Part shown: piece by piece, positions 55,890 through 64,000 of the stretch
Numbering within the stretch: position 1 is the stretch's first letter
Layout of the letters: the number at the start of each line of letters is the position of its first letter
NCBI GenBank assembly: GCA_951406725.2
Contig: OX597828.1
Coordinates: forward strand, 4,712,001 to 4,776,000
From: Octopus vulgaris
Taxonomy: Eukaryota
Reading direction: 5' to 3'
DNA length: 64,000 bases
Made by a program: the position numbers and the translations under genes
Notes under the pieces: model-generated
Databases searched by the model: none
The model's input: the letters and a program-made list of their open reading frames with translations, nothing else
What the model was told of the DNA's origin: nothing

Positions 55890-57320
55890 CATGTTACTCT
55901 ATCTCCGGTATACGAGTACTATCTTTTCTCCCCTTGATTCACATTTATATGCTTACTTTGGTATATATGTATATATATGCATATATATATATATATACCT
56001 ATATACATAAATATGTATATATGTATATATGTATATATATATATATATGTATATATAATATATATATATATATATGAAATTATCTATCTATCTCTCTATC
56101 TCACTCTCTCCTCCTCTCTGTCACACACACACACATACATATTGATGCATATACGCATAGAGATATATGTCTATATACGAATATAAATATAGTCATAAAT
56201 ACACATATATACATATCTATATACATATATAATCATACATAATTATACATGTATATATGTTTCAGTCTGTACTCGTGCTAATGCGCGTGTTTGTGTGTAT
56301 ACATTATCTAAAATGAAATATTAATTGATTCGATCCTGAATCACCTTCGGTGAGACGTATGCTATTCACTTCAACAGTGTAAATATGCTATATTGTCCTT
56401 GATGCATATATAATGTTGATATGATGATGTGTAAAATGAGGTTGGATGCATAATGGAAGGAGAATGTAGTATGAATATAAAAGATAAAGGAATAAAACGT
56501 ACGGATAATATCTCTAATAACTGTAAGGACACCAAATCCATCAATATCATCGACAAATAACATATGCATCACTAATTTTAGGCGAGTATAATAACCTTGA
56601 AGTAAATGCCGGCGATGATTCTCTATCGAAATGTTAAATTCCATAAGCAAAATTGTTAGTGGAAACAAACAGTCTAAAACCACACTTTGAAACGATAAAC
56701 AAAACAACACAAATAATAAATATAATTGAAAAAAATAACCAAACAAATAAACATCGAGCTTGTTTCGGTTTTACTTTTGTGGCACATGAAGAAAGAAAGC
56801 TATAGAACTCAGTTCCAATGTATAGCATGATGTGCATGTTGATGGAGATATGATCTAAATGTGTTTCATAATGGGATATTTGTTTATGCATTATTCATAA
56901 TGACTCCCAAAATAAAAGCTTTTCCTAGAAACAACTCTATAGCACAATGTCGTATAATCGTATTAACTAGTTTATTTCGCCAATCGCTAGTAGGTTTTAA
57001 TGACAAGATATAGTTTTTATCACCTAATTATCTTTCTTGGACAAAAAGATTTAATCAAATAACTTTCCATGCTAGCTAATATAGATGTTAATCTCACCGT
57101 GTTTTGATATTTATTTTACGTTCTTATCGGCTGTTACGAACATAATTCAGAAAGAAGAAAACAAACCAGAACATTAAAAGTTCTGCCTCACATAAATTTT
57201 ACTGAAATATATATTTTTAATGATGATATTCCGGAAAATAATACGTACTTAAGAAAAGTTGAAGTATAAACGTACGTAAGGTACCTATATGGTTCAGCAT
57301 TTATATATAATATACATATA

Positions 57321-57365
<45 letters not shown>

Positions 57366-57410
57366 TATATCATTGTATGTATGTGAGTATATACGTACGC
57401 GCATACATGC

Positions 57411-57450
<40 letters not shown>

Positions 57451-57679
57451 GACACAGGCTGCAGAGACGTAATGTCGTTACACATGGAAATTTGGTGTTT
57501 CGGTCTAATAGATTCAGCTGCGTATTTCTGTATTCTTTACCACTAGCACACGCGCGCGCTACACACACAAAGTCGCGAGCATATACACTCGTGTATATAT
57601 ATGTAAATGTTTGTGTGTAGATAGATAAATAAATATATATGTACATACACATACACGCACATGCACACACATATATCTA

Positions 57680-57682
57680 TAG

Positions 57683-57765
<83 letters not shown>

Positions 57766-57770
57766 GATAA
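57680..57770. repeat. (GATA)n microsatellite
   Basis: Direct reading. Confidence 0.95.
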
Positions 57771-57904
57771 ATAGATACATGCATACTTATATATATACAA
57801 ATATTGATGTGAAATCCTTGAAATACACCACGACGTCTACAAACTTTTGAACTCTTCGTAAAAACTGTCCCTTTCGTTCTCTCCTTGTTTTTTTTTCTGT
57901 GTAT

Positions 57905-57942
57905 CTTTCTGTCGAAGAGCGTAGGCTCGAAACGCAAAAAAC
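57905..57942 (+). ncRNA. Minimal hammerhead-like motif related to 15363-15397
   Basis: TTT CTGTCGA A GAGC GTAG GCTC GAAAC GCA AAA. The downstream TTCCTGAGCG also matches the flank of the 15.3 kb copy. Confidence 0.5.
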
Positions 57943-58085
57943 TTGTTCTATTCCTGAGCGCTATACTAATACATTTGTTTGCTTGTACTCCACCTGCCTT
58001 TGTCTTTTGTTTATTTTCGTAACCCCCCCCCCGCACATATATATACATACACACACATATATATGTGTACGTATATATTAATATG

Positions 58086-58142
<57 letters not shown>

Positions 58143-58884
58143 TTACATATACGATGTGCATGCAAAGTTAATTAACAAGTCAACACTAATGACAAAGGAT
58201 CGTGCTATTTACTATGCTTGTGAAATATATGATTTATCTCCTTCCAGCAGTTCGTTTTATATCTTTGGAAATATGGCTGATATTAGGCTAGGATTACACT
58301 ATATACTGTAGATATTTACGAACAAACATTTATGTTTGAAGATACAAACATGTTCTTTACGGATATATATGACTGTGTTGTAGTGAGGGGATAACTGTAG
58401 AACATGTGGTACTCCGAATAGAACAAAGGAAGTGAATTATTTCACGCTGCCTTCAACTTTACAACCATGAAAACTTTTATAACTTTATGGAAATATTTAT
58501 TAATGGTATTTTCGTTTGATTGGACACTTGACGAGAAATCTGGTGTCATTTCCTTTTAGATATTTTCTGCTTCTATTGTGCAGTACATGGGTCTTTACTC
58601 TGGAAAATATAAAAGTTAAATTTGATTAATTTTGGACTAAACTCCTTATAATTTCGAAGCGGTTAAATTATACGTTAATAATGCATAGACTCAAAGAAAT
58701 TCGTTGCCCACGAAAAAATGACTCTATATTGAAACTAGGTCAAGTTAATCTGAATAGTAATTAAGTCTTTTTTGTGACGTTTTGCTACAAAATTTATCTT
58801 CACCAGTCTTTCAGTCACTTATAACCACATGGAACTTAGGTTATAATCTGATCGAATATTTTCAGAGTCAAATTTCTGATACTT

Positions 58885-59110
58885 CCACGGTTACGATGAT
58901 AAGTGTTCCTCTTGAGCTGATCAACCGAACGGCCTGCACGTAAAATTAACGTAGAAGTGGTTGAGGACTCCACAGGCACGCGTACTTTTTACATAGTTTT
59001 CAAAGAGCTGAACAAACTGAAGCAACGCAAAATGTAGTGTCTCGCTCAAGGACACGTCGTGACACTTCGAATCGAATTCTCGAATATTCTAATCACGAAA
59101 CGACGTGCGC
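58885..59110 (-). mobile_element. SINE-like repeat, degenerate
   Basis: GCAACGCAAAATGTAGTGTCTCGCTCAAGGACAC..GAATCGAA is the reverse complement of a B box plus GTGTCCTTGAGCGAGACAC SINE core. Confidence 0.55.
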
Positions 59111-59435
59111 TCACAAACTCAAAATATACATTTATTCATAGAGTAGCTGAAAGAAATAAACATAATTTCGCATTTGAAAATACAGTAAATGTAGAACACT
59201 GAAAACTTAGATAAAAATGCTTTATTTCCAAGATTAGTTTCTTCTTAAAAACAAAACTTTATGTAGATATGTACGTAATTTTACAATGATGCAAATATGA
59301 TATATTTAAAGAACGTATTCCGAATGGTCATTGAAGTCCTCATTGTTCAGAAATCGTAAAAGAGTATCAGCTTTTTAAACATCCACTGATAAATATAATA
59401 GATAAATTTAAAATCCTATTAAAATTCCTATATCT

Positions 59436-59611
59436 AAAACCGTTAGATTCACTTCAACATTCAAATTTAATCTGTCAACATATTTTCGTCGCTTTGAGAC
59501 CGTGACCTATTCACTGACAAAACTTCGTACTGCATAACAGGTCGCGGTCTCAAAGCGAAGAAAATATTTTGACAAATTAAATTTAAATGTTGAAGTGAAT
59601 CTAACGGTTTT
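59436..59611. repeat. Foldback/MITE-like inverted repeat with arms of about 75 bp
   Basis: AAAACCGTTAGATTCACTTCAACATT..CGCTTTGAGACCGTGACCT mirrors AGGTCGCGGTCTCAAAGCG..AATGTTGAAGTGAATCTAACGGTTTT. Confidence 0.9.
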
Positions 59612-60829
59612 GTGTGTTTCTTAAATGGCTTATAAGCACCTTCCACGCTGCAATTGTTTTCGTTCCAGCACATGAACTCAGATCAAGTCACCCGCTATGC
59701 AAGTACATCTCCGTAATATTAAAATATTATCATAGCAAATTAATATCCAGGGAAATATTAAAATTCAGTTCATTCTTAAACATTTAATTATTTATCAACT
59801 CAATGCATTTCAGTTTCTAGTAATTTTTTTTACGTTATATAAATTAAATATGTCGACACAAATTTAGAGGCTATTTTTCAAAACAACCAAAAGCTATGAA
59901 GTTACTTTTTTTATTTTAAAGAAGTACTGTTCAATTTATTGATAAGTATTGTAGAAAAATATATTGGGATTTTGTTAAAAACTTGTAAACATTTGCATAT
60001 TTTAATCAGCTACCAAATTTTTCAAATAATGGCTGAATTTAGATACATAGTGTATGTATGTATACAGAATATCGATATATTCATAATTTATTCTGCTTGA
60101 TGACTTCTTTGTATTCCACAAATGTCTCAATGCGGCGCACTCAATACATGTTACAGTGGAACAAAACGGTTTTTATCTTTTACAAGAAGAGACACAGGAC
60201 AGATAAAAGCTGTTATGTCTCCAGGGTGAAATTTTGCTGCGTGTAATAATTCATAGAACTGAAGTTCACGGGATACATTACGGAATGCATTAGTGTAATG
60301 CGAAATTGAAAATCGGTTAATAAATAGAAGATTGAAACGTAAAACAGCTAATGAACAAACGACAGTTCACGCTGATGTCAATGCATCTACCAGTATACAT
60401 ATGTGGTATTTTCTTTGTAAATGTTTTCATGAAGAAAGGTGGCAAACAAAGGAATGGAGAAAAATAGCACCAATGTAAATATAGGAACATGCAATGCACC
60501 AGAAATGAACTAAATAAAATGATGATTAAATATATGTATGAACCTGTCCTTGCATCAGTGTAGGTTTATGAGACTGTGCGTGGTGTATGAGCCGCTGTAA
60601 CGAGTAAATTCGAGATCTACGAGGCTTGAGCTTTGAACAATTGTTATTGCTAATATTGAGTACGTTATTCCTCTGGTACGAACATTCACCATCGAACATT
60701 TCATATGTATATGAGTGTGAGTATACACATGCATATTTGCATGTATACATGCATACATATTTTTCGAAATATACACACAAACTTAAACATATACACTCAC
60801 ACTCACACACACACAAACATACACATATA

Positions 60830-61455
60830 TTATCACTTAAACGGGGATGTTCTGTTAGAAGAATCTTTACAGCGGTAGAAACCGCGAGGGAAATACATAA
60901 AGGCTTTTGGTGCATTATGCATGCTTGTTTATAGCGCTAACTAGAGATAACTGCCCACCAACGTAAGCACCGCGAACGCCAACACACGTGATTTTGACCT
61001 TCTTAGGTCTCATCGATGATGGATGCTCGACTGCTAGAGACAGCCACAACTCATCTCCTCGTAAGCAATATGTAGAAAATTAGTGCTCGAAGAGGCATTG
61101 GTGCCAACGCTCGTCAGTTAGCCTTTTAACAGATAGATATTAGCGACAGAGGCCATATTAATACCGGGAGTTAATATTTATTCTCACTCAAACATGGATG
61201 TTCTGTTAGAACAAACTTTACTCCAGGATACCAGGAGATACCAGGAGAGAGACACTCATAGAGGTCTTTGGTGCAAAACGCACGTTTGTGTATATCGCTA
61301 GCGGGTAACATACTCGCACCAACTCCAGTGCCGAGACACAAAACCATGTGATTTTGACTTTCCTTGGTCTTATTGGTGATGGACATGCAATCGCTAGAGA
61401 TAGCAACGTCCATCACCGATAAGACCAAGGGAGGTAGAAATCACGTGATCTGGAT
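60830..61455. repeat. Diverged direct repeat (period about 350 bp) plus a terminal inverted copy, each holding a hammerhead-like motif (pLTR-like)
   Basis: Units start at about 60833 and 61184 (CACT.AAAC..GGATGTTCTGTTAGAA). The hairpin at 61345-61447 contains two opposed motifs. Confidence 0.7.
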
Positions 61456-61539
61456 TCGAGGGGGAAGTCAGTATAATACTTTTTTTCAGACCAATGAAAA
61501 GGTTTGTTTTATTTCTTTCAGCTACTCGATGAATGAATT

Positions 61540-62100
61540 TTCCTGGTTGTAGGGTGTCGGATTTGTTGTATGCCGTTAGTTTGCTTGTGAAACTCGTTTG
61601 AGCTATGTAGTCTCCACCACATTCAACACGTTTGATAACTGATTTTTTAATGGAGATTATTTGACTTGGCGTCAATTCATATGTTGAGGTTTCTATGAGA
61701 TTGATGGCGGTCCCACAGTTAGGGCGGTTCACTTTTCCATGTATTATTTTAGATAATGGAGCATTATGTGTATTATTTTAGATAAATGTGTAAATACAAG
61801 TTGAAGACTAGTGGAGTTGTATTTCTGGTGGATAATTTGGCACTGGTACGTTACCCGTTTAGGGATTTGAGCTGTCTTTTACTTTCAACAATTTTATGTG
61901 CTTCGAGTGATTGTTTTCATTCGCATGTCGTTCAGCAGGAGGGGTGTATTCTGATGGATGACATTGTATGCTTCCATGTTTCTTGGATTGTGTGTGATAC
62001 GTAAGACTAAGTCAGGTATTTTCTTGCTTTTCGTATTTATTGAATGTCGGTCATTTTTGCGCGCTCTATTCCATTTTCGATTAAACTGAGTATTTTCTTT
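61540..62100 (-). mobile_element. Penelope-like element C-terminal remnant (linker and GIY-YIG endonuclease)
   Basis: ITHNPRNMEAYNVIHQNTPLL, NRPNCGTA and SVIKRVECGGDYIAQT (degenerate GIY..C..YIGQT). Confidence 0.65.
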
Positions 62101-62964
62101 CTAGTAATATATATATATATATATATATATATACTGTAAGTTCTTGGAGTCATTTATCCCGGGTTTCGAGATTTGATACAATCACTTAAATCAATATCCC
62201 GCAAAAATGAATCCAAAATACCAGATTTTCTCCTCTCTATCAATGCACCGGAAATAGTTTAAGACAATTCCGATTGAATAAGTAAAGTATGTTCATTAAA
62301 AAGTACAAATCACAACTCAATATCCTATAATAACACACCAGAAAGAGAAAAAAATGACCGGAGACAACATAGATAATTCGAAAAGTTTAAGTAACAGGCT
62401 TCCTCGGGGATTCGAAGCCCCAATTCTAGATAACTTCACAATAACATACACACCTGAAACACCAGTTGTTCACGTCATCTCAGACTAAACCAGTGAAATT
62501 TTTCTCTCGCCAAAGATGGACTCTTCAGAAAAAGAAGCAAGTAGTCTCTTCGGAACGGTAGATGACCGTCAGATATAAACAAATTACCGACTCCCTACCA
62601 CGGAGACAACCTAGCAGAAGGTTGACATTTGAAAAAACAAAAATATTTTGTCCAAAACAGAAAATATTTTTCATGAGAAAAAGTGAAGTCACGAAACATA
62701 CACCCAATCAGAACTTGTTGCTTGACCGTGATCAAAAAGAAATAGAGGTCACCAGGACGCCAACGAACAGAAACGCTAGACCTTGAGAAGACAAAAATAT
62801 TTTGACCAAAACACCCACGAGAAAAACAAAAAAAACGTCATCATATACATAGACACTCACACAGAATTATCGGCGTAAATTTGGCAGTTAGCATAAAAGG
62901 AACAGAATACACAGTACCCCATCCAAAAAATATGAACTAGAGTATTGATAAGAGATATAAGTTT

Positions 62965-63800
62965 ACTCACATAAGGCACTCTCACCGTCGGCCACAGCCT
63001 CAAGACAATTCCAGAACTTGGTGCATGCGTTCCTCACTCTGTTACTGGGAAGATATTCTCCTTGATCTTGGCGAACAGCTTGGTTTTGGTACTGTAAACA
63101 CGCTCCACATATTGTAATTCAATGCATTACAATAAAAAAAATTAGGGAATCAGAAATTAGGCCGATGAACTCATAGAAATTCCCCGACAACCATTTCTAA
63201 CTCTTTCCAGAGGTATACAAAGTAGCTGAATATTGTTGCAACGCATATATTTTTCAGCGGTAACTTGCTCCAGCCATGGATTAACCGGTCTCCAGCAGCC
63301 TTATATAGCTGCCTGAATTGAGTGTAAGGCATTGTTGAAGAAGGCAGGGATGAAATCCCTCAAGTGGACACAGTCAAAATACCTGCTGAGACGCTTTATG
63401 TTGTCCACAGCTTGCTCATCTCCGTAACAACTGTCCGTATCACACCGTGCAGCCTGTTCAATGTTCGTAGAGCATTGAGCAGAAATAACGATTTCGGCAC
63501 TTTGATGCCTATCGTAGATCATCATTATATAAGTAACACTTTTCCAATATTTAGATGGTTTCCAGTTAACCTTTTCTCGACTGCAAGTTTTAATATTTAT
63601 GGTCTCCGTGCCGTTGACTATTCACCAATACATCGAGCCGTTCCTGAATAAAGGAGGCATACAGAGCGTAGGATTTCCTCCGAATGCCCTCAAAGTGTAT
63701 AACAAATCGGAAAGGAAAGAGATTGTTTTAGATCTGCAAACAGTCAGATAAGTTGTGCGGTATTCTGTAAAGAGTTAGTTTGATTACAGTTGCTCTCTTC
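62965..63800 (-). mobile_element. Decayed non-LTR (RTE-like) RT remnant
   Basis: TLRAFGGNP, RLDVLVNSQ and DFIPAFFNNALHSI resemble RT domain 3-4 segments, with many stops. The clade is uncertain. Confidence 0.4.
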
Positions 63801-63921
63801 AGACTGTAATTCATACAAAGAAGATGCAATGTTTTACACATAGGAGCGTGCATGTATATAGTTCCTATGTCTGTGTGTGCCTGTGTATATATATGTATAT
63901 GCGTGTGTTAAAATATATTTT

Positions 63922-63959
<38 letters not shown>

Positions 63960-64000
63960 AATGTATATGTGTATACACACACACGCACACACACATACAT

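Noticed and set aside
56366-56746. 126-aa ORF containing LFVDD
   Set aside because: No other RT motifs and low-complexity composition, so probably a chance ORF.

Overview
AT-rich eukaryotic (animal) DNA, dense in (TA)n, (CA)n, (TAA)n and (GATA)n microsatellites, with a SINE repertoire I recognise as octopus-like (inferred coleoid cephalopod, intronic or intergenic). No host protein-coding gene can be identified with confidence, and most ORF-track entries are microsatellite artefacts. The window is a transposon graveyard: R4/Dong-like RLE non-LTR retrotransposons (two sitting inside TAA arrays), Penelope-like element (PLE) remnants, a near-complete Tc1 (DD34E) with long IR/DR ends, other Tc1/mariner and Merlin relics, L1/Tx1, RTE and CR1 fragments, several tRNA-derived SINE families and foldback elements. 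The most interesting unannotated signal is a set of about ten type-I hammerhead-ribozyme-like motifs of several sequence families. Most are degenerate, but two keep an intact CUGANGA/GAAA core, and three sit in a direct-plus-inverted array next to a PLE GIY-YIG remnant. All family assignments come from motif recognition by eye; no database search was run.
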